Shown in pieces: positions 1-10,265 of a stretch of 64,000 nt of DNA. The notes beneath the pieces were generated by a model. The model was not told the DNA's origin. It did no database searches and was given only the letters and a program-made list of their open reading frames with translations. Within the stretch, counting starts at the first letter, position 1; every line of letters starts with the position of its first letter. The translations under genes and the position numbers were made by a program. Source of the stretch: an uncultured Candidatus Saccharibacteria bacterium (GTDB lineage: Bacteria > Patescibacteriota > Dojkabacteria > SC72); NCBI GenBank assembly GCA_964514595.1, contig CAZEQZ010000002.1:118506-182505 (forward strand), given 5' to 3'.

Positions 1-39
1 GCTTTCTTAGGAGTTTTCTTAAGATAGGCAGTAGGTCGA

Positions 40-672
40 TTATTTTATAAGTATTTCCCTCTTCATTTTATTTCTTATAATCTTCATATATACATCACAA
101 TCTTCCTTCTCCCTTGCATAGTATCTGTGGACACTACCAGCAATTACATCCGCCAATTGTATTAGATTATTTGATCTAGAGTCTACAAATTTACAATTCT
201 TAATCCACTTCTTCCCATCAGACTTTGTAACAGAATTTCTCAAGATTACATTGATTTCCTTATTAGTCCTTTTGCTTCCGATTTTATCAATTCTTATCCT
301 TGCATCTCGTAAAATGCTTCGATTTTCTTTAAACAATCTCTGCAAAAGAAATGGATAATCTATGTATTTTTGATTCCCTCCTATTTCTCCTTTAAAAAGA
401 ATTAAGGATCTAATTTCAAATTCAAATTTAGAAGTTTTTAACAAAAACTTAATTCTCTCTTGCTTGGTCATTTTATTAAATTTGAATTCATGATTCACAG
501 ATTTCCCCATCTCTTCCTTTAGTTTTCCTATTCTTTCAGAGATTTCTTCTGCTTCTAAATCTTCTTTGATTCCAACCATTATAATTATAAATACTGTACT
601 AGAGCCTTTCTCTACCTTATAACCTGGATCTCCTGATTCATCAATAAATATAATCATATGTAAGTGTAGCAA
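40..672 (-). CDS. DUF3800 family protein
   Basis: N-terminal 'IFIDESGD' and C-terminal 'LIQLADVIAG' match the DUF3800 signature (DESG ... QxADxxAG); 210 aa. Confidence 0.55.
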   Translation of the reverse strand: MLHLHMIIFIDESGDPGYKVEKGSSTVFIIIMVGIKEDLEAEEISERIGKLKEEMGKSVNHEFKFNKMTKQERIKFLLKTSKFEFEIRSLILFKGEIGGNQKYIDYPFLLQRLFKENRSILRDARIRIDKIGSKRTNKEINVILRNSVTKSDGKKWIKNCKFVDSRSNNLIQLADVIAGSVHRYYAREKEDCDVYMKIIRNKMKREILIK

Positions 673-743
673 ATAAATATTAAATAATTATTAAATTAAT
701 GATTATTCTCCCTTTCTACTTACATAAAATGATATAATTATGT

Positions 744-1493
744 ATGCATAAATACTCTCCTGAAATAGAAAAATACATTACGGAAATAGATACTCTTCAA
801 AGACAAATAAATAGAAAAAGACCTCTTAAACAAAGGAGAATACAATTACTTAAAGACTACTATCTCATAGGTTTAACATATACATCTAACTCTTTGGAGG
901 GCAATACCCTTACAGAATCTGAGACTAAGGTCGTAATAGAAGACGGTCTAACCATAGGGGGCAAACCCCTAAGAGATCATCTGGAAGCGCAAGGGCATGC
1001 TAATGCATATGAATACATGTTTTCCCTTGTCAATAAGAAGGAGATATCTGTAGGTGATATATTAGAATTACACAGACTGTTCTATGAAAAAATAGATGAA
1101 AAGAATGCTGGTCAATATAGAAGCGTGGAGATTCTTATTACAGGGTCGAAATATTCTTTTCCCAAACCAAATGAAATAGAGCGCTTAATGAAGGAGTATG
1201 AAGGAAGAGTAAAAGAATTAATTAAGAAAGAGCATCCTGTTGTCGCTGCTATTAAGGCACATAAAGAGTTTGTAAATATACATCCATTTGTAGATGGTAA
1301 TGGAAGAGTAGCAAGATTAATAATGAATTTGATACTTCTGCAAAACAGGTACAATATCACTATAATACCAACTGTGCTACGCTCTGAATATATAGATTCT
1401 CTTGAGAAAGCACATAGTGATGATACAGAATTTATTATGCTTATACTAAGGTGTCTTCGCGAGAGTCAAAAGGAGTGGTTAAGACTTCTTTAG
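744..1493 (+). CDS. Fic family protein (AMPylase/adenylyltransferase), class II with intrinsic inhibitory motif
   Basis: Fic motif 'HPFVDGNGRVAR' (HxFx[DE]GNGRxxR); N-terminal 'TSNSLEGN' matches the inhibitory [ST]xxxE[GN] helix. Confidence 0.8.
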   Translation: MHKYSPEIEKYITEIDTLQRQINRKRPLKQRRIQLLKDYYLIGLTYTSNSLEGNTLTESETKVVIEDGLTIGGKPLRDHLEAQGHANAYEYMFSLVNKKEISVGDILELHRLFYEKIDEKNAGQYRSVEILITGSKYSFPKPNEIERLMKEYEGRVKELIKKEHPVVAAIKAHKEFVNIHPFVDGNGRVARLIMNLILLQNRYNITIIPTVLRSEYIDSLEKAHSDDTEFIMLILRCLRESQKEWLRLL

Positions 1494-1500
1494 GGAATTT

Positions 1501-1986
1501 CTACAATACCTTAGATATTACAAATACAATTATCCCGATATTAATACCTATCTTTAAGAATATACTAACTAATACCCCTATGGCAGAGCCTACCCCTGCC
1601 TTAAGGCTTTGATTGATATCTTTACCTGAGAATGTTAGTTCAAACAGCGTAGCTCCAATCAGAGGGCCCAGGAACATACCTACAATACTTCCCACTATTA
1701 ATCCAACAATCCCCCCTACTATTGCCCCTATCATACCCCATGTAGAGCCTCCGAACTTTTTAGCACCCATAGCTACAACAATATTATCTACAAATGTAGA
1801 GAGGAGAGAAAGAATAAATAGGATTATTAATATGGTTGGTGTTAAGGTTTCAAATCCATTTATAAATGCAACTATAACTGTTGCTATATATACTAACCAA
1901 ATACCTGGAAGTGTTAAGATTGTTAATATTACTCCTGCAAGAGCAATAATTGCAGAGAGTGTGTACAGAAATATTTCTAAGATCAT
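1501..1986 (-). CDS. small integral membrane protein with glycine-zipper helices (DUF456-like)
   Basis: 161 aa, about 4 TM helices, 'GAIVGGIVGLIVGSIVG' GxxxG repeats. Confidence 0.4.
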   Translation of the reverse strand: MILEIFLYTLSAIIALAGVILTILTLPGIWLVYIATVIVAFINGFETLTPTILIILFILSLLSTFVDNIVVAMGAKKFGGSTWGMIGAIVGGIVGLIVGSIVGMFLGPLIGATLFELTFSGKDINQSLKAGVGSAIGVLVSIFLKIGINIGIIVFVISKVL

Positions 1987-3248
1987 AGTTTTGATATTTT
2001 AGAGTAATAGATTATGTAAAGGAAGAGGGTGGAGAGTAATTGTATTGCAAATGTAACCCATATTACTCCAACATACCCATACTCCCTAACTATCAATATA
2101 TTTAAAATCACATTCACTGTTCCTGATACTACATTTTGTATCGCCATTAATTTCGCATGTCCTGTAGAGGTAATAATGCCAGTATTTATAACTACTACTG
2201 GTATAGCTACAGAGAATGTTAAAGTGACTGGGAGTAGTAGAGCCATCAGTATACCATCAGAGTATATTGGAAAGAGAGTAGATATCCCAAATCTAGCTAC
2301 TATCATAGACACTGGTATGAATACAATATTTAGAAGTAGCATATAAGAGAGTATTCTTTTAAATATACCTTTCACATCTCTATACTTTTTAAGAGAAAAC
2401 ATTTCTACTATGTTTGGTGCTAGTACCTGACCTAGTACAGAGAAAGGTATCAGAAATATTGTATATACCTTATTAAGTAGTTCATACACAGCTATTTCTT
2501 CAAGTAGATTGTATCCTCCTAGTATTAGTACATTTACCTTAGAAAAGAAGTAATGTCCTAGTGATGCAATACCAAAATACATTGAGTATTTCCCTATATC
2601 CTTAATTATCTTCTTCTCTATCTTAAATTCATATCCCTTTTGTAATATGAAGAGAATGATTGCATATATTCCAAAGTATACTGCTTGTGCAAGTATTGCT
2701 CCTTTAAGTTGGAAATTTGTGACTAGTATGTATGATATGGTTATACCTAATACTGAGTTGCATAGTGATACTGTAGCTAATTTTTTAAACTTTTTTAATC
2801 CTCTGTATATACCATCTAGTACGGATGTGAGGGGAGTTATGAGGACCAAGGGTAGTGCATAGTATATGTATTCTAGATGTCTAGGGAAGATACTCTCTTT
2901 GAGTATTAATACAGTAGATACAACCACCACAGATACAGTGAGTATTATGAGTAGGGAGTTAAAGAATACTTTATTCACCTTCTCTTTCTGAGTAGTGTTG
3001 TATAGGGTAATGTATCTTGATGTGGATATTGATATACCGAAGTCTGAAAATATTACTAACATTAGTAATATAGATGATACATATCCATATATACCCATTT
3101 CTTCCTTTGTAAGGAAGTATGTGGCTATGAAGAACATTAAACCACTTGTACCTTGTTTAGAGAGTATTTGTATTAATCTCCATATGAATGATTTGGATAG
3201 TTCTTTGTTATTTTGGTATTTCTGAATTAGGAGTTTTTTAAGATTCAT
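1983..3248 (-). CDS. polysaccharide biosynthesis protein / oligosaccharide flippase (Wzx, MOP superfamily)
   Basis: 421 aa, about 12 TM helices, N-terminal region typical of Wzx/RfbX flippases; located in a GT cluster. Confidence 0.65.
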   Translation of the reverse strand: MNLKKLLIQKYQNNKELSKSFIWRLIQILSKQGTSGLMFFIATYFLTKEEMGIYGYVSSILLMLVIFSDFGISISTSRYITLYNTTQKEKVNKVFFNSLLIILTVSVVVVSTVLILKESIFPRHLEYIYYALPLVLITPLTSVLDGIYRGLKKFKKLATVSLCNSVLGITISYILVTNFQLKGAILAQAVYFGIYAIILFILQKGYEFKIEKKIIKDIGKYSMYFGIASLGHYFFSKVNVLILGGYNLLEEIAVYELLNKVYTIFLIPFSVLGQVLAPNIVEMFSLKKYRDVKGIFKRILSYMLLLNIVFIPVSMIVARFGISTLFPIYSDGILMALLLPVTLTFSVAIPVVVINTGIITSTGHAKLMAIQNVVSGTVNVILNILIVREYGYVGVIWVTFAIQLLSTLFLYIIYYSKISKL

Positions 3249-4432
3249 ACTGAAATCTTCTTAAAAACATCATGCGTTACCTTTGCTACATTCTCCCATG
3301 TATATTTTTGAGAGAGTATATATCCCTGCTCTATCCTCTGTGTGTATTTCTTAGGATTGGTATATACATCATATATTTTTCTTCCCACCTCTTCTGCATC
3401 TAATCCATTTACCATCAATGCTACATCTTTAAATAGTTCCATATATACAGGACTTTTGTGTAGTATTGTTGGGGTTTTGCATCTTAGTGCCTCTATGGGA
3501 GAAAATCCAAACCCTTCATACAAAGACAGGTGTATGAATGCAAATGCGTTACTTAGTAGTGAGTATTTCTGTATATCTTCATAGAAGCCCGTGAATATTA
3601 CACACTCTTGTATATGTTCTTTCTCTATTAGATCATATAGCTCCTTTACCTCTCTTTTAGATTTGTCTTGAAACTTACCTCCTGATATTACTAAGTATGG
3701 TACATCTTTTGGATTTTTCTTAAGTATCCTTAGGAATGATATATATCCCTCTATGACACCTATTGAGTTTTTACTTTTATTAATCCCTCCTCCTAGATAT
3801 ATGATGTATCCTCTTTGTTTATAGTCAGAGGGAAGTATTTTTTCTAATGAGACTTCTTTCTTTTCTAGATCTACTCCTAGGTATGATGTATATATTTTTT
3901 CTTTGGGATATTTAGGAAAGTATTTGAGGTAGTCTTGTTTAGATGTATCTGAATTGCATATTAGGTATTTACATTTTAATGATTTATACATTGTCATCCA
4001 GTACTGTACTCCCCTTACGATGTTGTGTATTGGTGATATTTGGGAATACATGTTAAACATGGGAAGGTTCATATCATGGATAAAGAGTACTGTGGGCATG
4101 GAGTATGATGGATAGTTTCTCCAAAAGTATGGAGAGAAAAATATACTGTCTTTCTGTTTAATCTTTTTAATAGTGGGGAGTATTTTAAAGAAATACCATA
4201 TGTCATTTTTATAGTCATTTATTTTGTATTTGCCTATATCTACTATTTGTACATTTTTTAGGTTTTCTATTTGTCCATCTAATGTAGATTCATGGTTGTT
4301 AAAGAGTAATAGGGAGAATTTTGTATTAGGGTATCCTTTTGCAAGAGAGAGTATTATATTTTTTGTATATTGACCAGGACCAGCATATGCCATTTGGTCT
4401 TGGGTTGTTGTAGCGTCTATTATGATGTGCAT
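3245..4432 (-). CDS. glycosyltransferase family 4 (GT-B, retaining)
   Basis: C-terminal 'EGFGFSPIEAL' motif (E-x7-E of GT4), 395 aa. Confidence 0.75.
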   Translation of the reverse strand: MHIIIDATTTQDQMAYAGPGQYTKNIILSLAKGYPNTKFSLLLFNNHESTLDGQIENLKNVQIVDIGKYKINDYKNDIWYFFKILPTIKKIKQKDSIFFSPYFWRNYPSYSMPTVLFIHDMNLPMFNMYSQISPIHNIVRGVQYWMTMYKSLKCKYLICNSDTSKQDYLKYFPKYPKEKIYTSYLGVDLEKKEVSLEKILPSDYKQRGYIIYLGGGINKSKNSIGVIEGYISFLRILKKNPKDVPYLVISGGKFQDKSKREVKELYDLIEKEHIQECVIFTGFYEDIQKYSLLSNAFAFIHLSLYEGFGFSPIEALRCKTPTILHKSPVYMELFKDVALMVNGLDAEEVGRKIYDVYTNPKKYTQRIEQGYILSQKYTWENVAKVTHDVFKKISV

Positions 4433-4442
4433 TGTATATATA

Positions 4443-6272
4443 TTACCTAATTACTTTAAATATATACAATGTTTTGTTTTTAAGGGGGATGGTATCTGTT
4501 AGTTCTAACCAATCTTCATTAAAATACTCTTCTAGTTTGCCTTGGTGTGGGAAAGAAATATCTTCTATATTAGATACTGTCAAAGCAATCTTCTCTATGC
4601 CATATATAGTAGTCATCTCCCTATCTACCTCTATATCATCATAGTACATAGTGTATGTATCTCCGTACTCAAATTTCCTTAGATGTTTTTTCCTCGGTAC
4701 CCAATCTCTTAATTTCCACTTCCACTCTGCACCGTATTCTCTGTTTCCTCTGTATGCTCCTGCTAGAAGATCCCAACCGATATCATTTATTAGAATATTT
4801 TCTCCTTGATCAAAGTATGATATTACTTTCTCCACCTCATAGTCTCTACCAAAGTTAATGTATTGTCTTAGAGGACCTAGTTTGTAGAAGTAGAAGGATA
4901 TTACTGAGAATGTTAGAGCTCCCATTAGTAGGCTGAGTAACAGGTATGATATTTTGATTTTTTTGTGAAGGAGATAGTAAAGGATATACCCTATTATTGC
5001 AATTATATTCAAACCTAATTTGATATATGCATAGTCGGCTTCGAATAACAGACCCACAAGGGAGATAATTGATGATATTACAACTATCCATATGTATTTC
5101 TTACTATCCTTAACTATATCCTTGAGAAATATTAAGTACAGAAAGAAAATAATTGGAGTTATTGGAAATAGGTACCTATCAAATGATTGTCTAACTACAA
5201 ATACCCCTATAAATGACCAGATTATTAATATCAATGCTATTAATATATCCTCTTTCTTTTTTATTGCATTTTTAAATATTAATATGCTTGTAAAGAGGGC
5301 TGGGAAGAAAATTATTTTAGGTATGGAAAGGAATGAGAAGCTTCTAGGATATAGGAATTTACCTATATACCCTACTACTATGTTTGCTATCTTTTTAATA
5401 GGACTTTCTCCTTCTTTCTTTTCTTCATCAACTGCAATAGGGACATAGTTATATACCGTAGGGGCATCTGGGCTTTTTAATCTTACTATACTTTGTGTGG
5501 CTGCTTTCATTTCGAAGTGTTTTAGTTGGTACTCTACTCCTCCTTTTGTTACACCTGGTATTACGGTAAATATTACTGTGTTAAGTGGTATTATGGATGT
5601 AAATATCATTAGTAATATGTATATGACAGGAGGAAGTAGTACTGGAAGGCTTCGTTTGAATATCTCTTTAATACTGTTAAATGAAAAGCCTTTCCAAGAG
5701 GATATGAGAAGATACAGTAGATATCCTGGGAGGATCATAAAGAAGACTGATTCTTTTGCATCTAGGATTAATAGTAGTGCCAATCCTACTAACCAGTATG
5801 ATTTTTTATAGATAATTAAGTATATGAAGAGTAATAGAGAGAGCATTACAGGAAATTCTCTCATGTATGTGGGAAGGTGTAGTATGAATTGAAAGTTGGT
5901 TAGAAGGAGTATGGATCCTGCTAATGGGTATAGTGTATTAGGGAAGTATTTATCTAGGATTTTGTAAAATACATATAGTAGTGCACAACCTATTAATATA
6001 TTCCATATGGTGGCAACAGTAAGTGAAGGACCTGTTAGGAAGAATATTAGAGCTACTGGTAATTTGAAGAGAAAACCGTGTACTCCTACACCGTAATGGC
6101 CTATCCATTCTCCCCTACTTAATGCTTCTTTCATTATTACTGATTCCCATAGGTATAGGTCATCGTCTAGGGTAGCGTTTCTAAATATGAGGGATATTAA
6201 ACCAAGAGTAAGGCATAGGAGTACGGGAATGTATATTGAATGTTTTTTAAGAAAAGTTCTTACTTTCTCCAT
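4443..6272 (-). CDS. GT-C fold membrane glycosyltransferase-like protein (ArnT/PMT-like, COG1807-like)
   Basis: 609 aa; N-terminal multi-TM region with acidic first-loop motif 'LDDDLYLWESVIMKE', many TM helices, about 150-aa soluble C-terminal domain. Confidence 0.45.
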   Translation of the reverse strand: MEKVRTFLKKHSIYIPVLLCLTLGLISLIFRNATLDDDLYLWESVIMKEALSRGEWIGHYGVGVHGFLFKLPVALIFFLTGPSLTVATIWNILIGCALLYVFYKILDKYFPNTLYPLAGSILLLTNFQFILHLPTYMREFPVMLSLLLFIYLIIYKKSYWLVGLALLLILDAKESVFFMILPGYLLYLLISSWKGFSFNSIKEIFKRSLPVLLPPVIYILLMIFTSIIPLNTVIFTVIPGVTKGGVEYQLKHFEMKAATQSIVRLKSPDAPTVYNYVPIAVDEEKKEGESPIKKIANIVVGYIGKFLYPRSFSFLSIPKIIFFPALFTSILIFKNAIKKKEDILIALILIIWSFIGVFVVRQSFDRYLFPITPIIFFLYLIFLKDIVKDSKKYIWIVVISSIISLVGLLFEADYAYIKLGLNIIAIIGYILYYLLHKKIKISYLLLSLLMGALTFSVISFYFYKLGPLRQYINFGRDYEVEKVISYFDQGENILINDIGWDLLAGAYRGNREYGAEWKWKLRDWVPRKKHLRKFEYGDTYTMYYDDIEVDREMTTIYGIEKIALTVSNIEDISFPHQGKLEEYFNEDWLELTDTIPLKNKTLYIFKVIR

Positions 6273-6302
6273 ATCGAGTCTATACAGTTTACTGTCGCTT
6301 AT

Positions 6303-7184
6303 TTATTTCTTTGTAAACTTAGTAACTATACTCTTTACTAAGTCTCTATTTTTGAAGACAAAAAGTCTAATTAATCTTCGGGGATCAACATAGTAAAAAA
6401 TCTTGAACAATGGATACAATCTTAGAAACGAATAAAACTCTATCGTATCTTCGTAGGCATTTCTTATCTTATTTTTTTTCTCACTTTCCTGAGAAGCATT
6501 TATTGTTATAGATTTCTCATGAGCCCGGAAAATAGCCAAGGAATCATTAATAAAACCTATTTTTTTATATCGCAGGAAACCAAGAAGCATAACAAACATA
6601 TCTGGACCAACACCATGATAATAGTTACCACCTTTTTTAAGTAATTTCCCCTGATAAATTCCGTCTACTAGCTCTTCCTTCCTGAAAAGGCAACATGACG
6701 GAGAAATTACACCTCCTGAAAGAAGAATTTGATTCTTAATAAAGAAATTATTAAATATGCCAGTCTTATTGAAGAACTTGATCTCTTCAACTCTCTTTTT
6801 ATTTTCTTGCTCATGGCTTATTTTCGCATTAGTTATCACACAACTAACGTCATCCTTCATCAACCGTAATGTCTCTTCTACAAATGTAGATTCTAGCCAA
6901 TCATCATCAAACAATATTTTTACATACTTTGTTTGAGCGTGTAAAACCCCATCCAACCAAGCGAAATGAGGTCCGAAATCTTCATCTCTTCTAATATACT
7001 TAACTTTTCCTTCGTATCTCTTTACTACTTCAGGAGTGGAATCCTGGCTTCCATGGTCACAGACTATTACGTCACAAGGATAAGTCTGAGCCAATGCGGA
7101 ATCTATTGCATCCACTAAGTAATTTGCCCGATTAAAAGTTTGAATCATTATGGTAACTTCAGAGATTTTTTTGTCTTTATTCAT
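6303..7184 (-). CDS. glycosyltransferase family 2
   Basis: 'VTIMIQTFNRANYL...DSALAQTY...VIVCDHGSQD...DDD' GT-A/GT2 N-terminal signature. Confidence 0.75.
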   Translation of the reverse strand: MNKDKKISEVTIMIQTFNRANYLVDAIDSALAQTYPCDVIVCDHGSQDSTPEVVKRYEGKVKYIRRDEDFGPHFAWLDGVLHAQTKYVKILFDDDWLESTFVEETLRLMKDDVSCVITNAKISHEQENKKRVEEIKFFNKTGIFNNFFIKNQILLSGGVISPSCCLFRKEELVDGIYQGKLLKKGGNYYHGVGPDMFVMLLGFLRYKKIGFINDSLAIFRAHEKSITINASQESEKKNKIRNAYEDTIEFYSFLRLYPLFKIFYYVDPRRLIRLFVFKNRDLVKSIVTKFTKK

Positions 7185-7944
7185 TTAGAACATTTTTCAA
7201 TTTATCTATATTTGCTACAAGACTATCAAAATCTCCTAAACTCTTTATCTTTAGTTTCTTAGATGTCATTTGCCTAACAAAATCTTTCACTTTTGTACTC
7301 TTTCCAGATCCGATATTGTATGTCCCCAGAGCCCTAACTTTCATCAGTTTAAGCAATATATCAGCTATTTCTTCAGCGTTTAAGAAGTCTCTCTCACTCT
7401 CACCACCATATAGCTCAAACTCTTTTGTTAAATCTTCTTTGGCCAATCTTTCTTTAATGCTTGGATAGAGAAACGGAACTTTTTGAGAACCATGGTACAT
7501 GCTAAAAATTCTTCCTATACAAAGATTCTTGTAGTATTTTCTTGCTAATACCTCACCTGAATATTTAGTTAGACCATATTCGGATGTCGGATCTATTTCA
7601 TTCGTTTCTTTAATAGGTTTGTCCGAAGGTTTATACACATGAGAGGAGCTAGAATAGAACATCCATGTATCAGGAGAGTTCATATTTAAGCTATCAACTA
7701 AATTCTTCGTTCCTATAGCATTCACATCAAAAGCACTTAACAAATCATCCTTTACTACCGATGTGGGAACAATTGCGGCAAGATGAAAAATGGATTCTAT
7801 TTTTTCTAATTTCAACCAATTATCAATGTCCTCTCTCTGTCTAATATCTCCTTCAAAGAGAGAGTATTCTATTCCTTTTTCCTTTATCTTATCAACAAGA
7901 ATCGATCCTAAAACACCTTTTCCTCCAGTTATTCCGATATACAT
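7177..7944 (-). CDS. NAD(P)-dependent sugar epimerase/reductase (SDR); candidate GDP-L-colitose synthase (ColC-like)
   Basis: Rossmann 'GITGGKGVLGS', SDR fold; lies immediately downstream of the ColD-like and Gmd genes. Confidence 0.5.
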   Translation of the reverse strand: MYIGITGGKGVLGSILVDKIKEKGIEYSLFEGDIRQREDIDNWLKLEKIESIFHLAAIVPTSVVKDDLLSAFDVNAIGTKNLVDSLNMNSPDTWMFYSSSSHVYKPSDKPIKETNEIDPTSEYGLTKYSGEVLARKYYKNLCIGRIFSMYHGSQKVPFLYPSIKERLAKEDLTKEFELYGGESERDFLNAEEIADILLKLMKVRALGTYNIGSGKSTKVKDFVRQMTSKKLKIKSLGDFDSLVANIDKLKNVLNE

Positions 7945-7945
7945 A

Positions 7946-9127
7946 TCAATCTTTTTTAAGTAAATTAACTAGTCTAGCAATCTCTTCTTCATTGAGTTCT
8001 GGATTATTACCAAAATAAAATCCGTTTTGTGAAATAAAGTTAGAATTATCAATATTAGTCACAAGAAACTTCTTACCATTCAAAAACGGCTGATTAGCTA
8101 TACTCCCTGCTATAACAGGCCTAATTTCTACATTGTTATCAATAAATCGTTGTTTATACTTCTCAAATAATTTCTGATCTTTCAATATAACCGGCATCCC
8201 AAAATTGGATACTACATCCATACCAGAAAAATCAAGATCAATAATTTCATCGTTTTTCAATGTTTGCTCATAAAATCTTTTGAAAAATTTTTCTCTCTTA
8301 GAAACAATTTCATCTAAATATTTGATTTGCGTGTTACCCAGAAATCCATTAATCTCGGTAGGTCTGAAATTGTATGCTAAATTATAGAAAGTGTATATGT
8401 CATAAAAATCAGTTACTCCGTATGTCTTTTTCATTTTGTTCTGAAAACTCTTCGAATTATTTCTTGTCCATCCATGAGATCGAGCCATTCTAAGATTCTC
8501 GTACAAATCTTTGTTATCTGTACAAATCATACCCCCCTCTATAGTAGACATGTGATGTCCGACAAAAAAGGAGAACGTCGAGGCAAGACCATAATTCCCA
8601 AGATATACTCCTTTGTATTTTGAGCCCAAGGATTCACAATTATCCTCTATAAGCAATATTTTCTTTCTTTTGCAGAAATCTCTTATATTATCTATATCAG
8701 CACAAAAACCTAGTGCATTTGTTATAAAGAATGCTTTAACATCTGGATGCTCAGTATAAGCTTTTTTTAATATAGCACTCGATGTATTTAGATTTTCAAT
8801 TTCTACATCAAGAAATACAGGAATCAGCCCTAACTGTATTAGAGGCATTACATTTGTAGGCCAGGTTAAATTTGAAACAAATACTTTGTCATTCGGATTC
8901 AATTTCCCCATATTAGACAAAGATTGTATTAGTAGCATATTTGCACAACTTCCATTATGTACAAAAGCTGAATACTTCCTTTCTTGTTTTCTTGAAAAAA
9001 CCTTTTCGAACTTCTCACTTTCTGTCCTCATACTTAAGATGTTTGCCTTCATGATAAAATCACACAATTTTTTCTTAGTATCTTCCTCTTTGTAGAACGT
9101 AGACTTTATTAAACTTATTCTTTCCAT
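7946..9127 (-). CDS. colD: GDP-4-keto-6-deoxy-D-mannose 3-dehydratase (ColD/E1-like; DegT/DnrJ/EryC1 fold)
   Basis: DegT-family PLP fold with 'FFVGHHMSTIEGG' (His in the Schiff-base Lys position, the hallmark of ColD/E1 3-dehydratases), 'SHGWTRN', 'LLIEDNCESLG'. Confidence 0.7.
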   Translation of the reverse strand: MERISLIKSTFYKEEDTKKKLCDFIMKANILSMRTESEKFEKVFSRKQERKYSAFVHNGSCANMLLIQSLSNMGKLNPNDKVFVSNLTWPTNVMPLIQLGLIPVFLDVEIENLNTSSAILKKAYTEHPDVKAFFITNALGFCADIDNIRDFCKRKKILLIEDNCESLGSKYKGVYLGNYGLASTFSFFVGHHMSTIEGGMICTDNKDLYENLRMARSHGWTRNNSKSFQNKMKKTYGVTDFYDIYTFYNLAYNFRPTEINGFLGNTQIKYLDEIVSKREKFFKRFYEQTLKNDEIIDLDFSGMDVVSNFGMPVILKDQKLFEKYKQRFIDNNVEIRPVIAGSIANQPFLNGKKFLVTNIDNSNFISQNGFYFGNNPELNEEEIARLVNLLKKD

Positions 9128-9158
9128 CTGTAATTAATAAATATATTAGGTTTTCTAG

Positions 9159-10208
9159 TTAATATATCACTTTCTTATTATTTAAAATATCTAGATCCGA
9201 TTCTATCATTATTTTGACTAAATCCTTAAACTTAGTTTTAGCTTTCCATCCTAGAATTTTCTTGGCTTTAGTTGGATCCCCTAAAAGCAAATCTACTTCC
9301 GTGGGTCTAAAATATTGAGGATCTATCTCAATTATGGTTTTTCCTGTCTTCTTATCAACACCTTTTTCCTTAAGTCCAGAGCCTTTCCATTTAATTTCCA
9401 TATCTAAAACCTTACATGATTCCTCTACAAATTCCCTAACTGTGTGAGTCTCCCCAGTTGCAACAACATAGTCATCTGGTTTATCTTGTTGAAGCATTAG
9501 CCACATAGACTCTACATATTCCTTAGCATATCCCCAATCTCTTTTTGCATCCATATTACCTAAATATAATTTCTCTTGATTTCCTAACTTTATATTACAA
9601 AGAGCCATAGTTATTTTTCTTGTTACAAATGTTTGCCCTCGCCTAGGTGATTCGTGATTAAACAATATTCCGTTACAAGCAAAGATATTATATGCTTCCC
9701 TGTAATTCTTCACTATCCAGTATGCATAAAGCTTGGCTGCAGCATAGGGACTTCTAGGATAGAACGGTGTAGTTTCTTTCTGAGGTGTTTCCTGAACCAA
9801 ACCGTATAGCTCCGAGGTAGAAGCTTGGTACATCTTAACTTTACTTTCCATATTAAGTAATTTAATAGCTTCTAATATTCTTAGAACCCCTAATCCGTCT
9901 GCGTTTGCAGTATATTCTGGAGTTTCAAAACTTACTTTAACATGACTTTGAGCAGCTAGATTATATATTTCATCAGGTTCAATTTCTTTAAGCAGTTTAA
10001 CTATACTAGTCCCATCAGTTAGATCTCCATAATGCAAAAAGAAATTCTTTGCTTCGTGCACATCCTTATATATATGATCAATCCTCCATGTATTAAAACT
10101 ACTCGATCTTCTTAATATCCCATGTACTTCATATCCCTTCTCTAGGAGAAATTCCGCCAAGTATGAACCATCTTGTCCCGTCACTCCTGTTATTAAAGCT
10201 TTCTTCAT
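9159..10208 (-). CDS. gmd: GDP-mannose 4,6-dehydratase
   Basis: '[42 protein letters not shown]' is a near-canonical Gmd N-terminus; 349 aa. Confidence 0.9.
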   Translation of the reverse strand: MKKALITGVTGQDGSYLAEFLLEKGYEVHGILRRSSSFNTWRIDHIYKDVHEAKNFFLHYGDLTDGTSIVKLLKEIEPDEIYNLAAQSHVKVSFETPEYTANADGLGVLRILEAIKLLNMESKVKMYQASTSELYGLVQETPQKETTPFYPRSPYAAAKLYAYWIVKNYREAYNIFACNGILFNHESPRRGQTFVTRKITMALCNIKLGNQEKLYLGNMDAKRDWGYAKEYVESMWLMLQQDKPDDYVVATGETHTVREFVEESCKVLDMEIKWKGSGLKEKGVDKKTGKTIIEIDPQYFRPTEVDLLLGDPTKAKKILGWKAKTKFKDLVKIMIESDLDILNNKKVIY

Positions 10209-10265
10209 TAATATTTTTATTTAAAACTAAAATAATAACTTGTATTAATTTCTGAACTTATAGTA

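Noticed and set aside
1112-1360. 82-aa minus-strand ORF inside the Fic gene. Similar nested ORFs include 1613-2002, 2029-2346, 13047-13439, 15642-16202, 17201-17641, 18313-18777, 19224-19589, 31037-31603, 55216-55627, 57218-57610, 59250-59822 and 62607-62903.
   Set aside because: They lie entirely inside longer ORFs that have strong domain signatures on the opposite strand, and they show low-complexity or AT-driven composition. They are shadow ORFs, not genes.
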